A DNA stretch of 64,000 nucleotides from an uncultured Myxococcales bacterium. GTDB lineage: Bacteria; Myxococcota; B64-G9. The DNA lies in assembly GCA_964431605.1 (NCBI GenBank), contig CAYSLH010000001.1, positions 22,719-86,718 of the forward strand. Reading direction: 5' to 3'. The position numbers and the translations under genes were made by a program. The notes beneath the pieces were generated by a model. It was not told the DNA's origin. It worked only from the letters and a program-made list of their open reading frames with translations, and did no database searches. Numbering within the stretch: the stretch's first letter is position 1; every line of letters starts with the position of its first letter. This document shows, piece after piece, positions 29,438 to 39,169 of the stretch.

Positions 29438-31159
29438 GTGCTAACGATGAAAACCAAATGGAACCTGTTTGTAGTGCTGGCTATCGTCCTTGGTATATTC
29501 GTTGTTTATGCTCCATCCATAAATCACCCTTTTGTGTGGACTGATCATGCCGAGGTGGAACAAGGCGCACTGGTACCCAAGAGCCTTCAAAACTTTCTTG
29601 ACTCTTTTACAAAACCAAAGGGTGAGGCCATGTCCACCGCTCGTTCGGCTTTTCAGTCGAAGACAAGAGGGAATAACAGATACGCTTATTTTCGGCCGAT
29701 AAAAGCGATTACATATTGGATCGATAATTTTATTGGTTCATCAAAACCTTGGTCTTTTCACCTGACGAACATTCTCATTCACATTGCCACATGCTTGTTG
29801 ATTCTATTGGTCTTTTCTTCAATAGACGGTGGTCGTTACGCCGGAGTGGCAAAAATAGCTGCTCTTATCCACGCGGTAAACCCACTCAATATCGAAGTTG
29901 TCGAATGGATAAGTGCCAGATCAGACTCCCTGATGGCCCTCTTTGTCTTATCCTCCTTGTGGTTTTCCCTCGAGGCCGGCAATAGATCTGGTTGGAGGTC
30001 CTTTGTAATGAAGGCCGCCGCCGGCATCATGGCGATTTTTGCCTTATGGTCCAAAGAATCCGGCATAGTCGCGGTACCGATTATGGCTGTGGTTGCATTT
30101 TCATTGAACTACCAAAATAATAAAAAAGCATTGGCTAGTGTTTATAATGCCTGCTGGCTACCCGGCTTGCTGGTAACTCTGGCATTGGTCTGGCGTTTCC
30201 TGATTGTCTCCGATATCAATTTATCACAATTTTCTCACAAGCACGGACTTGGGATGTGGACCATTCTTTATTTGTTCGGCCACAATCTGTGGATGAGCTT
30301 TTTACCTTCCGGCATGACTGTCGCAGATACGGTGGTGATCAGAAATGGTCCTTCTGTAGCCGCGATTGCGGGCCCACTAGTATGGATATCGTGGTTCGCT
30401 GTAGGAGTTTGGAAAATAAAAAAGCACCCATTATTGTTTATATGCTCACTTGGATGGCTACTGGCAGTGGGCCCGGTATCTCAAGCCGTTGTCCTCATCC
30501 ACCCAAGAGCGGACAGATATCTTTATCTTCCAACAATTTTTGCTGCTTGCACACTTGCATGGATATTCTTATCCCTACACAAAACCATCGCGACAAAAAG
30601 ATTTCTTTCCGTGATATCGAGTGTAACTTTTGTCTTGCTGATACTGCTTCTGGCTTTTTTATCAAGAAAAGAATCTGAAAAATGGTCAGACGAAATTCGC
30701 CTCTTCGTAGAATCTCTCATTCTTCAACCGCACTGTATCGAATGCTGGAATAATCTGGCCTATGCTCAGGCCCTGAAAGGAAACATCGGCGGAGCTGCAT
30801 ATTCATGTACTGCTGCTCTTTCCATCGACAGGAAAAAATACCGAGGAGCAAAGGACGGCTTCAGCCTTAGGTGGATCTTGAGCAAATCGCTTTTAATACA
30901 AAAAAAAGGCGCAAAAGCCGCGGCGGTCCTGGAAGAGATGATTTTTGTATTGGGACCAAATACTGGTCTTCTCAACATGTTGGCCATGGCATACATGCAA
31001 GATAAAAGACCAGCCCATGCTTTGGCTGCAGCAAACTTGGCCCTTGAGCTTTCCCCTGACAATCAAACAAGCCTTGACTTGCTAACCTCAGCCATGAACA
31101 TGGAAATCAAACTTGGATTCCCTTTGCTATTCTCTAATCCTGAAGCTTGCCAGCAATGA
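29438..31159 (+). CDS. TMTC/PMT-like polytopic membrane protein with C-terminal TPR repeats
   Basis: About 11 TM helices with a conserved HPxxW/D-rich first loop (NHPFVWTDHAEV), then C-terminal TPRs (CWNNLAYAQALKGNIGGA...). Starts 7 bp after the TPR giant. Confidence 0.65.
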   Translation: MLTMKTKWNLFVVLAIVLGIFVVYAPSINHPFVWTDHAEVEQGALVPKSLQNFLDSFTKPKGEAMSTARSAFQSKTRGNNRYAYFRPIKAITYWIDNFIGSSKPWSFHLTNILIHIATCLLILLVFSSIDGGRYAGVAKIAALIHAVNPLNIEVVEWISARSDSLMALFVLSSLWFSLEAGNRSGWRSFVMKAAAGIMAIFALWSKESGIVAVPIMAVVAFSLNYQNNKKALASVYNACWLPGLLVTLALVWRFLIVSDINLSQFSHKHGLGMWTILYLFGHNLWMSFLPSGMTVADTVVIRNGPSVAAIAGPLVWISWFAVGVWKIKKHPLLFICSLGWLLAVGPVSQAVVLIHPRADRYLYLPTIFAACTLAWIFLSLHKTIATKRFLSVISSVTFVLLILLLAFLSRKESEKWSDEIRLFVESLILQPHCIECWNNLAYAQALKGNIGGAAYSCTAALSIDRKKYRGAKDGFSLRWILSKSLLIQKKGAKAAAVLEEMIFVLGPNTGLLNMLAMAYMQDKRPAHALAAANLALELSPDNQTSLDLLTSAMNMEIKLGFPLLFSNPEACQQ

Positions 31160-31178
31160 TGGTTTATACACTATTGAT

Positions 31179-32018
31179 CTAATGAGACTGAAGTTCATCA
31201 GGTAGATCGTCGTCGAACGGAAGGAGTTTGGGAAGGTGCTTTCTTGAAAGAATAACCCTGACGTCCCTCGCATATGCTCCGTGTGGGTTGTTTTTCAAAT
31301 ACCTATGATATGCTATCCTTGCCATTCTTTCTTTTCCCATCCATTGATAAATAGATCCAGCCAAGACCCACAGCCCAGCCTTTGGACCTACTTTTTTCGA
31401 ACCCTTTTCCAAAACCCTCAATGCAATATCCTCTTTTCCCTGTTCAAACAAACACAGGGCCAGTCCATAATATCCTCCGGTATGCCTGGGACTTGAATGA
31501 ACAGCCCGTCCGAAAGCAACGGCTGCTGATTGATAATTTCCCTGCGAATACAAACGCCATCCTCTTCTCAGCAACTTTTTAGGCACCCTGGTATGAACAT
31601 GCTTTATTTTTCTTTTCTTTTTTGGCTCAACCAGTGAGACTTTCGACTCTCTATGTTTCGATTTATGTTCCGGTTTATGTTCCGATGTAACTTCAGGCAA
31701 TGATTTCTCGTCACTTAGCTTTTGTAAGATTTGCTCTGGTATGATTGATGTTTTCTTTACTAGTGAAAGTTGTGAACCAGATACATTTGCACTCTCTGTT
31801 TGAACAACATATTTGACCTTGTTGCTATCATTTGTATCCACGATGAGATAGAAAACCAGGCCCATACACAGACCTATCACTAAACCCAAAATAGCCCATT
31901 TTTTTCCCATGCCGTGTCCCAACACAACATCTGAGTCCTTCTGAGGTGCGCTCATTCTTCCTAAAAAGCTCTCGATTATCTCTTCGGGAACTTCCGCATT
32001 GATGACCATGGCATTCAT
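31179..32018 (-). CDS. Membrane-anchored TPR-like hypothetical protein
   Basis: Single TM segment (WAILGLVIGLCMGLVFYLIV), basic linker, C-terminal TPR-like helices. Confidence 0.45.
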   Translation of the reverse strand: MNAMVINAEVPEEIIESFLGRMSAPQKDSDVVLGHGMGKKWAILGLVIGLCMGLVFYLIVDTNDSNKVKYVVQTESANVSGSQLSLVKKTSIIPEQILQKLSDEKSLPEVTSEHKPEHKSKHRESKVSLVEPKKKRKIKHVHTRVPKKLLRRGWRLYSQGNYQSAAVAFGRAVHSSPRHTGGYYGLALCLFEQGKEDIALRVLEKGSKKVGPKAGLWVLAGSIYQWMGKERMARIAYHRYLKNNPHGAYARDVRVILSRKHLPKLLPFDDDLPDELQSH

Positions 32019-32289
32019 GCTGACACCTCCGGCGACTCCTGTGCCTTTTTGCGCCTTTTTACGTCTTGTTGAGTTAATGCAAGAGATGGACCGGACGAAT
32101 TTTTTTGACTAAAAAATAACTTTTTGAATTTACAGGCGTTATTACTACAAAAATACACTGATATTCATAAATGTATGGGTATTACAAAACCCACCTGGGT
32201 GAACTTTGACATGGTGCTCGAAGTTGACTGGAAACATCACCTCATGAGAATATGAGTCGAAGCTTTCAACGGGAAAAAGGGAGAAAGAT

Positions 32290-32730
32290 ATGGCTGATAT
32301 AGAAGAAACGCTGCGATTTTTTTCCAATGCACGGTTCTTACGTATGCTTGATTCCAAGGGACGAAGAAAATTACTCGCCGCAGCCCTACCCACGACATTC
32401 AATGATGGGCAGACCGTGGTCAAGGAAGGAGATCCTGGCGATTCGCTCTATATAATAGTGTCAGGTATTGCTTCAGTGGTGGCTGACAACTTCGGAGAGG
32501 AAAAAAAAGTTGCTGAGCTTACAGACGGCGCTTTTTTCGGAGAGATGGCAGTAATCACCGATCAACCTCGCTCAGCTACGGTACTGGCGCGTGGAGATCT
32601 TTCTGTGCTCAAGATCCCAAAGAAAGATGTTCTGCAGATTCTTCAAGAGTACCCTAAGGTAAAAGAAGTCGTTGCCAAAATCGGCCTGGCAAGAACCGAA
32701 GACACGATGGAGAAAATGATGGAAGACTGA
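32290..32730 (+). CDS. Cyclic-nucleotide-binding domain protein (stand-alone cNMP-binding, 146 aa)
   Basis: cNMP-binding signature GDPGDSLYIIVSG ... FFGEMAV...R.ATV. Confidence 0.75.
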   Translation: MADIEETLRFFSNARFLRMLDSKGRRKLLAAALPTTFNDGQTVVKEGDPGDSLYIIVSGIASVVADNFGEEKKVAELTDGAFFGEMAVITDQPRSATVLARGDLSVLKIPKKDVLQILQEYPKVKEVVAKIGLARTEDTMEKMMED

Positions 32731-32735
32731 CTTGC

Positions 32736-33338
32736 TTAAAGCAAGTCTTCCAACTCTTCGGCCTTTTTCCGCACGTCCATGTCCGAAGCTGTCTGACTAA
32801 TACTTCTTAGTCTCTCTTTGAGACTCGCTTTTCTCGATATCTTTACTTTCGTTGCAAGGATATCCATCATGCGCGTCATGGCTTTGCTCACAAGAGCTTC
32901 ATCTGGATATTCCAAAACTCTTACAAGAACATCCCAGTCGTCCGGCAGCCCAAAGCCCTGAACGAGTTCATCTATTGCAGCAACGAGATCAGTGGTATCA
33001 CCAGCGTCTATCACTGCCCTGATCAGCTTAAATCTGGAAGCTGCTTTTTTTCCAGTCTTAGGAATTCTTCCGCTTCCTTTTCTTCGGAGAACTCCCTTGG
33101 ACTTTTTCGTTTTCGAGGTTTTTTCAGCAACGGAATTATCTGTGGATTTACCACTCTTCTTGAGAAGTTCTCCAGCCAGACCCTGATCGAACAACCTATT
33201 CAGGTCCGCTTTGTACTTATCATACCTGGTGGAGTGTTCCCGCTTTTCCTTGCGATCACGACGATTTCTCCTTTTCCCGGAGGAACCATCTTTCCTTCTG
33301 TCTATCTCTCGCCAACTAGGCCTGTCATAAGCACCCAT
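32736..33338 (-). CDS. Hypothetical highly basic protein (Arg/Lys-rich N-terminus, helical C-terminus)
   Basis: ORF with strongly charged composition and no recognisable catalytic motif. Confidence 0.4.
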   Translation of the reverse strand: MGAYDRPSWREIDRRKDGSSGKRRNRRDRKEKREHSTRYDKYKADLNRLFDQGLAGELLKKSGKSTDNSVAEKTSKTKKSKGVLRRKGSGRIPKTGKKAASRFKLIRAVIDAGDTTDLVAAIDELVQGFGLPDDWDVLVRVLEYPDEALVSKAMTRMMDILATKVKISRKASLKERLRSISQTASDMDVRKKAEELEDLL

Positions 33339-33434
33339 CCAAACTCCTATGAATCCCTCAATTTCGATTTGTCCCCCGTGTCTTCAACTATTATAGATTC
33401 CCTTGTGGTACGTCAACCATAATTTTATCACTAA

Positions 33435-36056
33435 TCAAGGCTGCAGATTCTTTTCCTTTTTCTCCTCTGGTTCGATGTATTTTTTCCACATAGCCTTGTC
33501 CTGTTCGATTTTTCTTGCCCGTTGGACAAGATCTATTTTTTCTTCCATCTCATCTTCTTTGAATTTTTGATCCTTGAGTCTCTGGTAGATGGATTCAGCC
33601 TGATCCCACGCTCCCAACTTTTCTTCCATAAACCCAAGGCGGTATAGATAAGGAAGATAGGATGGTCGAAGCTGACAGGCTTCCTGGTAATATTTTCTGG
33701 CATCGAAATACATCTGTCTTGCTTCTTTGATTCTTCCTAATAACATCAGTAAACTTGCCTGAGATCGATCATCAGAAGAAACAAATGAACGCATCTGGGA
33801 AGCAACATCTTGCGCTTCTTTGTATCGCTTATCCCTCAAGTAAAGGTCTACCATTTTATAAGCGATGTTTGTCGAGTCAGGGATATGTGACCACCCTTGC
33901 TTGAGAACCTCTTCGGATTTTTTAAGATTTCCCTGTCTGGAAAATATCCTCGCCTGCATAATCCACCCAAAGTCGTGTTGGGGATCCACATTTACCGCCT
34001 GATGAGCAAAATCCTGAGCTTCCTTGAAATTTCCAGCATCAAAAGCCAAGCTTGAAAGTAAATCCAAGGCTTTCAACGATGAGGAGTTTTTTTCAAAAGC
34101 CATCCGGGCTGCTTTCATGGCAGCCTTTTTCTTCCCTTTCCTCCTCATAATATTCGATATCATCAGCAGAGACGATTCGTTTTTCGGTGTAGCTTCTATA
34201 ACCAAATCCGTATCCCCTGACAAAGCCAGTACCTCCTTGGAGGTAGTACTCAAAAGAGTTGGATCATACTTGGCTGCAAGCCTGTACTCTATCACCGCCT
34301 GTTTCGTAACCCCTGCCAGGAACAAAGCCCTTGCAGCCATCCTGTGAACCTGCGGCTCGGTGGGATTTAAAAACATGGAAACGGAAAGCCAATGAATCGC
34401 CTTCTTGATATTCGGGCTAATACCGCGAAGGTACGCTCTTGCCAAGACTAACTCAGGAAAATAATCCGAAGGGTGATGGTCCATCAACACACCGGCAGTA
34501 TTTCCCAATTTGCTTCCATCGTACGGTTCAGCAGGAATCCTGGTTTCTTCAAGTTTCTGTAATTTTCCAGTAAGCTTATGTAGTTCGTATCTGGAAGCAT
34601 ACCATGTGCCTGCTATTGATAAGACCAGAGCAAATCCAACCAATCCCCAAGAGCCGAATTTCGAAATTCTCCATTTCATCTCGAATTTGGTCGGTCGTCC
34701 CGCCCGGTACAGAGGCGCTGCTACAGCTACTCCCAGTAATGTAAAAAAAACCAACATGACAGCGCCTGTTTCGAGACTGAAATCCACCTGGTTTTGAAGC
34801 AAACATCCAAACAATCCCGCTAAAACTCCACCCATTGAAAACGACGTCTTAGCTCGTTTGAGTGACAGTATAAAGCTTCCCAAAAGAGTCAATATAAATA
34901 GGCCTCCAACGACTATTCCATAATCCGCCAGATACTGCAGTGTCTCGTTTTCCGCATGGGTAAAGGTGCTGTTATTCAGCAACGTCTTGTACCTGGGATA
35001 AACGGTTGCATAAGCTCCTTTGCCTATTCCTGTAATTGCATGATCTGCTATCATAGGACCCACTGCAGCCCATGATTGAATCTTTACTTCTTCTTCCACC
35101 GCGTTTATATCTCCAACGGATCTGAGTTCCGAAATGATTGAATCATAGGCCAGGTATCCTGCCACCACCAGTACTGCCGCCGTGATTGCCTGGACAATTG
35201 CTGCATGTCTCAATCGTCTCGATTTCCGGGTAGAGGCAAACACCAGTAAAAAACAAAAAGCTGCAATCAACGCCACCATGCCGCCTCTCGAAAGGGACAT
35301 GAACACACCAACTCCCATTATCAATGCCATGAATCCAAACAGTGCCCTGTCCTGCCTGCTTCTGCCAGATAGACTCAAACCCAATGAAACAGGTGCGCAT
35401 AGCAGCAAAAATCCGGAGAGGTGGTTAGGATTGATGAAAGTGGAGAAGAAAAAATCACCCGTCCTGGGTAATGGATAAAATCCAAGAATATTTTTTATCA
35501 TGAATAATTTGCTGAAAAAACCTATGAGTGCTACCACGAGACCGCTCCATGCGACAATTTTCAGCAGTCTCCTGGCCCTGTGTCGATCCCTGAAATAGTT
35601 GACCACAACCAGAAAAACAAAACTGACAGCCAATAACTTCATCAACTGCATAACGGTCGATGGAGGTGATAAACTAACAGGTCTCCATTGACCGGCAAGT
35701 TTGGTTCCAGATAAAACCTTATCATAAACATCCCAGGCACTGGGGCTGATTACCTTTACCAGCCACATTGGTAATGGAATCACCTGAAACAGAGTCCAGG
35801 CGCATGTGATCAACAACACCAGGCCCATGGGAAATATTCTAAAAGGTGCAGATCTTTTTTTCGTACGAATCAAAAGGAGAACAAACGAAAGAATGGATAT
35901 CATCAACATCACAGACGTTGTGGATACGTGAACTGTTCCCAACGCAAGAGGTGTCAATATCACAAGTGAATAGATGGATATTTCCAATGGAAGACTCGTC
36001 CTTGGTCCAAACGCGTGGTTTCCATCAGAGTGCATCTTGCGCTTTTTATAAGGCAT
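33435..36056 (-). CDS. O-antigen ligase (Wzy_C)-family polytopic membrane protein fused to C-terminal TPR domain
   Basis: About 12 TM helices with a Wzy_C-like large periplasmic loop, then a long TPR region (KALDLLSSLAFDAGNFKEAQDFAHQAVNVDPQH...). Confidence 0.65.
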   Translation of the reverse strand: MPYKKRKMHSDGNHAFGPRTSLPLEISIYSLVILTPLALGTVHVSTTSVMLMISILSFVLLLIRTKKRSAPFRIFPMGLVLLITCAWTLFQVIPLPMWLVKVISPSAWDVYDKVLSGTKLAGQWRPVSLSPPSTVMQLMKLLAVSFVFLVVVNYFRDRHRARRLLKIVAWSGLVVALIGFFSKLFMIKNILGFYPLPRTGDFFFSTFINPNHLSGFLLLCAPVSLGLSLSGRSRQDRALFGFMALIMGVGVFMSLSRGGMVALIAAFCFLLVFASTRKSRRLRHAAIVQAITAAVLVVAGYLAYDSIISELRSVGDINAVEEEVKIQSWAAVGPMIADHAITGIGKGAYATVYPRYKTLLNNSTFTHAENETLQYLADYGIVVGGLFILTLLGSFILSLKRAKTSFSMGGVLAGLFGCLLQNQVDFSLETGAVMLVFFTLLGVAVAAPLYRAGRPTKFEMKWRISKFGSWGLVGFALVLSIAGTWYASRYELHKLTGKLQKLEETRIPAEPYDGSKLGNTAGVLMDHHPSDYFPELVLARAYLRGISPNIKKAIHWLSVSMFLNPTEPQVHRMAARALFLAGVTKQAVIEYRLAAKYDPTLLSTTSKEVLALSGDTDLVIEATPKNESSLLMISNIMRRKGKKKAAMKAARMAFEKNSSSLKALDLLSSLAFDAGNFKEAQDFAHQAVNVDPQHDFGWIMQARIFSRQGNLKKSEEVLKQGWSHIPDSTNIAYKMVDLYLRDKRYKEAQDVASQMRSFVSSDDRSQASLLMLLGRIKEARQMYFDARKYYQEACQLRPSYLPYLYRLGFMEEKLGAWDQAESIYQRLKDQKFKEDEMEEKIDLVQRARKIEQDKAMWKKYIEPEEKKEKNLQP

Positions 36057-36079
36057 GGTAATAAAACCCCTTAGAATAT

Positions 36080-36919
36080 CTAACGCGAATCTAAAATTTC
36101 TTCCACTACCTTTGATACCTTAGATGTCATCCTTGTATATGCGATAAAATTTTTCTGCCTGAGATCTCCCGTTGGTGCGTATGACAGAGGTTGCCCCTGG
36201 AGATCGGTTAGTTCACACCCAGCTTCCTTTGCCACAGCATAGCCGGCAGCAGTATCCCAGATCATGGTAGGTCCAATTCTTGGATAAATCTCTGCTTGCC
36301 CTTCAGCAAGAACACATAACTTTAAAGAACTTCCTTTGTGAACCAACTCAACTTGGCCAAAATGTTTTTCAATTGAGTTAACAAATCGCTTGGTCTCATC
36401 TGAAAAATGGGATCTCGAGGCAACTACTCTTATCTTGGAAACCTCGTGACTTGCTTCGATCCTTTCAGAATTTTTACCTTTTCTTTTTACAAATGCTCCC
36501 CTTCCGGATAACGAACTCCATACAGTTTCGAGTTCCGGCGCCTGGATCACCCCCAATATTGGCGTATTTGATTTAACCAGAGCAATGTTTACGGTATATT
36601 CACCCAATTCCTTTAAAAATTCCTTCGTTCCATCTAAAGGATCCACCAGCCAAAACAATTCATCAGAAGATTTCGAAATCTCATCCTTGACCTTTTCAAG
36701 GTCTCCTTCTTCACTAAGAATTGGCAAAGAAGATATTCTCTCGATACCCATTTTGATTTCTTCGTGGGCTAGTCGATCAGCCATGGTTACAGGAGAACCA
36801 TCTATTTTGAATTCTACCCGTTCCAAGGCCCTTTGTTTGACCTCTAATATTTTTTCACCTGCTTTACATGCAATTCTTATTATCTCTGGCATGATTTCTT
36901 TAATTTGTCTCGTATCCAT
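36080..36919 (-). CDS. cysQ: 3'(2'),5'-bisphosphate nucleotidase CysQ / inositol monophosphatase family
   Basis: IMPase motifs WLVDPLDGT and WDTAAG. Confidence 0.7.
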   Translation of the reverse strand: MDTRQIKEIMPEIIRIACKAGEKILEVKQRALERVEFKIDGSPVTMADRLAHEEIKMGIERISSLPILSEEGDLEKVKDEISKSSDELFWLVDPLDGTKEFLKELGEYTVNIALVKSNTPILGVIQAPELETVWSSLSGRGAFVKRKGKNSERIEASHEVSKIRVVASRSHFSDETKRFVNSIEKHFGQVELVHKGSSLKLCVLAEGQAEIYPRIGPTMIWDTAAGYAVAKEAGCELTDLQGQPLSYAPTGDLRQKNFIAYTRMTSKVSKVVEEILDSR

Positions 36920-36987
36920 GATGTCATGGATGGTATCTTTTGAGTTCTCAGAAATCCAATCCTTTTTACTTGAAGGGCCGGCTGAAC

Positions 36988-37452
36988 ATGAAAGAAATAG
37001 AACTCAGATCCGTTGTAGAAAAAGATGCTCTAATCATTCTCAACTGGGCAAACGATCCTCTGACGAGAAGAATGTCTTTCAACACAGAGCCAATTTCAAA
37101 AAAAGAACACTCCAGATGGTTTTCTAAACAGTTAATGAGTCCTTCCAGACGTTTGTTCATTGCAACGTATCAAAAAACACCTATGGGCCTCTGCAGATTT
37201 CAACAGGTTGATTCAAAAACCTGGGAAATTGGAATCAACCTGTGTCCTGAATTCAGGAAAAGAAAACTAAGCATCCACGTCCTTATTTCCGGCTGTGACG
37301 CCATACGATCAGAATTTCCAGGTTGCAGAATAATCGCTCATACAAGGCCTGAAAATTTTCCTTTCAGATCCATTGCAAAAGCCGCTGGTTTCAAAGAAAT
37401 AGGGTCTACTTTTGTAAATAATCAAAAAGCTGTGAAGCTGGTTCTCAACTGA
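36988..37452 (+). CDS. GNAT-family N-acetyltransferase
   Basis: About 155 aa with a GNAT fold pattern (LRSVVEKDALIILNW ... IGINLCPEFRKRKL). Confidence 0.6.
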   Translation: MKEIELRSVVEKDALIILNWANDPLTRRMSFNTEPISKKEHSRWFSKQLMSPSRRLFIATYQKTPMGLCRFQQVDSKTWEIGINLCPEFRKRKLSIHVLISGCDAIRSEFPGCRIIAHTRPENFPFRSIAKAAGFKEIGSTFVNNQKAVKLVLN

Positions 37453-37456
37453 TCTT

Positions 37457-39169
37457 TCAGGCTGATTTGTCAATAAATGGTTTGTATCTAAAGATACCTC
37501 TCCAAAACAAAATAATTCCCACGAAGCTCAAAGGCACGCTCCACCACAGGTGGTGATATTGTAACAAAACAATCGAACCAACAGTGAACATCAAACCGTA
37601 TATGAGACCCACCCCGCCGATCCATGAAATCAAGATCCGCCAATCTTTCTTTTTGTTCCCAGACGACTTCCAATATCCAGGGGGATTTACTCTATCTTCA
37701 AACCTTTTTAGTACACTATCTTTTTCTGGTTTAGTAAAAAAGGTAACAGGTAACCAGACGCATAACGAAGAACCGACCACCAAAAGAGCCTTTAGATAAA
37801 AAGGGACGGAGGTCTCACTCAAAAATTCGTATAACCATATTCCCATAGCCACAATCAACGATGTTCCAAGAGCCGATATTTCACTCCAGGCGTTTATTCT
37901 CCACCAAAACCATCGGAGTATCAGCACAGCTCCTATCCCTGCTCCCATAGCCCAGACAAACTCCCATGCACCAGTTATGCTCTTGATAAACAATGCCACT
38001 ATAGCAGACAAGCAACCTAATGCCAGCATGGTAAGTTTTGATACGATGACGAGATGTCTTTGGGTTGCGTCAGATTTTATGAATCTTTTGTATATGTCAT
38101 TTACTATATAAGAAGATCCCCAGTTCAAATGTGTATCTACCGTAGACATGAAGGCTGCAAGGAAAACCGCTACAAAAAGACCTCTGAGACCAATGGGTAA
38201 TATGGCTGACATGAACTGCGGATATGCCTGTTTATTGCTTTTCAATATCCCGAGGTCTGGAAACATTACTATTGAAGCCAGGGCTACCACTATCCAAGGC
38301 CACATTCTCAACACGTAATGAGCCAATGCAAACCAGAATGTTCCAATAAGTGCATTCTTTTCATCTTTTGCCGACATCATGCGTTGTATAATGTATCCGC
38401 CTCCGTCCGCATTGTGATTGGACCACCACAATATTCCTACGAAAACAAAGAAGGTATACCAAAATGACATGGGAGCATCTGGTCCTGGAAAAAACGAAAG
38501 AACGTCTTGATGACCCATCTGGCTTACTTTTTCAATTAGTCTTTCCATCCCACCATAATGATCGGCAGCAAAAACTGCAAAAATTACCGACCCGGTCATG
38601 GCAATAACGAATTGAAGCAGGTCGGTGAATACCACTCCCCAAAATCCACCAAATAATGAATAGATCAACGCTATTGCCATACATGAGATTACTGCGAAGT
38701 TCATGGAAATATCCATAAACGAACTCAGGACCGTGGACATGGCAGCAGTAACCCACGCAAGCACAACGAAATTATATATCGTTGAAAAATATCCAGCCTT
38801 AAATGCTCTCAAGAAAGCAGCAGGTCTTCCACCATATCTAATTTCAATAAGCTCATTATCTGTCAACACCCCGGCACGTCGCCATAGCCTGGCAAACACA
38901 ACCGCTGCTAGGACATGACTGATAGCCAAAGTCCACCAAAACCAATTCCTCCATATTCCTTCCTGTCTGATGTACTCAGTGATGGCTAGGGGTGTATCTG
39001 ATGCAAAGGTCGTTGCCACCATCGAAGAACCGAGAATCCACCATGGGAGACTTCTACCGGAAAGAAAGTATTCATCCAGATTACGCCCGGCTTTTTTTGA
39101 GAATAACAGACCGATGAGAATGGAAAGAAAAACATAGATTCCCACCACGAGCCAGTCGTAAAAATTCAT
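37457..39169 (-). CDS. Sodium:solute symporter (SSS family) transporter
   Basis: About 13 TM helices, SSS signature region (GRSLPWWILGSSMVATTFASDT). Confidence 0.8.
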   Translation of the reverse strand: MNFYDWLVVGIYVFLSILIGLLFSKKAGRNLDEYFLSGRSLPWWILGSSMVATTFASDTPLAITEYIRQEGIWRNWFWWTLAISHVLAAVVFARLWRRAGVLTDNELIEIRYGGRPAAFLRAFKAGYFSTIYNFVVLAWVTAAMSTVLSSFMDISMNFAVISCMAIALIYSLFGGFWGVVFTDLLQFVIAMTGSVIFAVFAADHYGGMERLIEKVSQMGHQDVLSFFPGPDAPMSFWYTFFVFVGILWWSNHNADGGGYIIQRMMSAKDEKNALIGTFWFALAHYVLRMWPWIVVALASIVMFPDLGILKSNKQAYPQFMSAILPIGLRGLFVAVFLAAFMSTVDTHLNWGSSYIVNDIYKRFIKSDATQRHLVIVSKLTMLALGCLSAIVALFIKSITGAWEFVWAMGAGIGAVLILRWFWWRINAWSEISALGTSLIVAMGIWLYEFLSETSVPFYLKALLVVGSSLCVWLPVTFFTKPEKDSVLKRFEDRVNPPGYWKSSGNKKKDWRILISWIGGVGLIYGLMFTVGSIVLLQYHHLWWSVPLSFVGIILFWRGIFRYKPFIDKSA

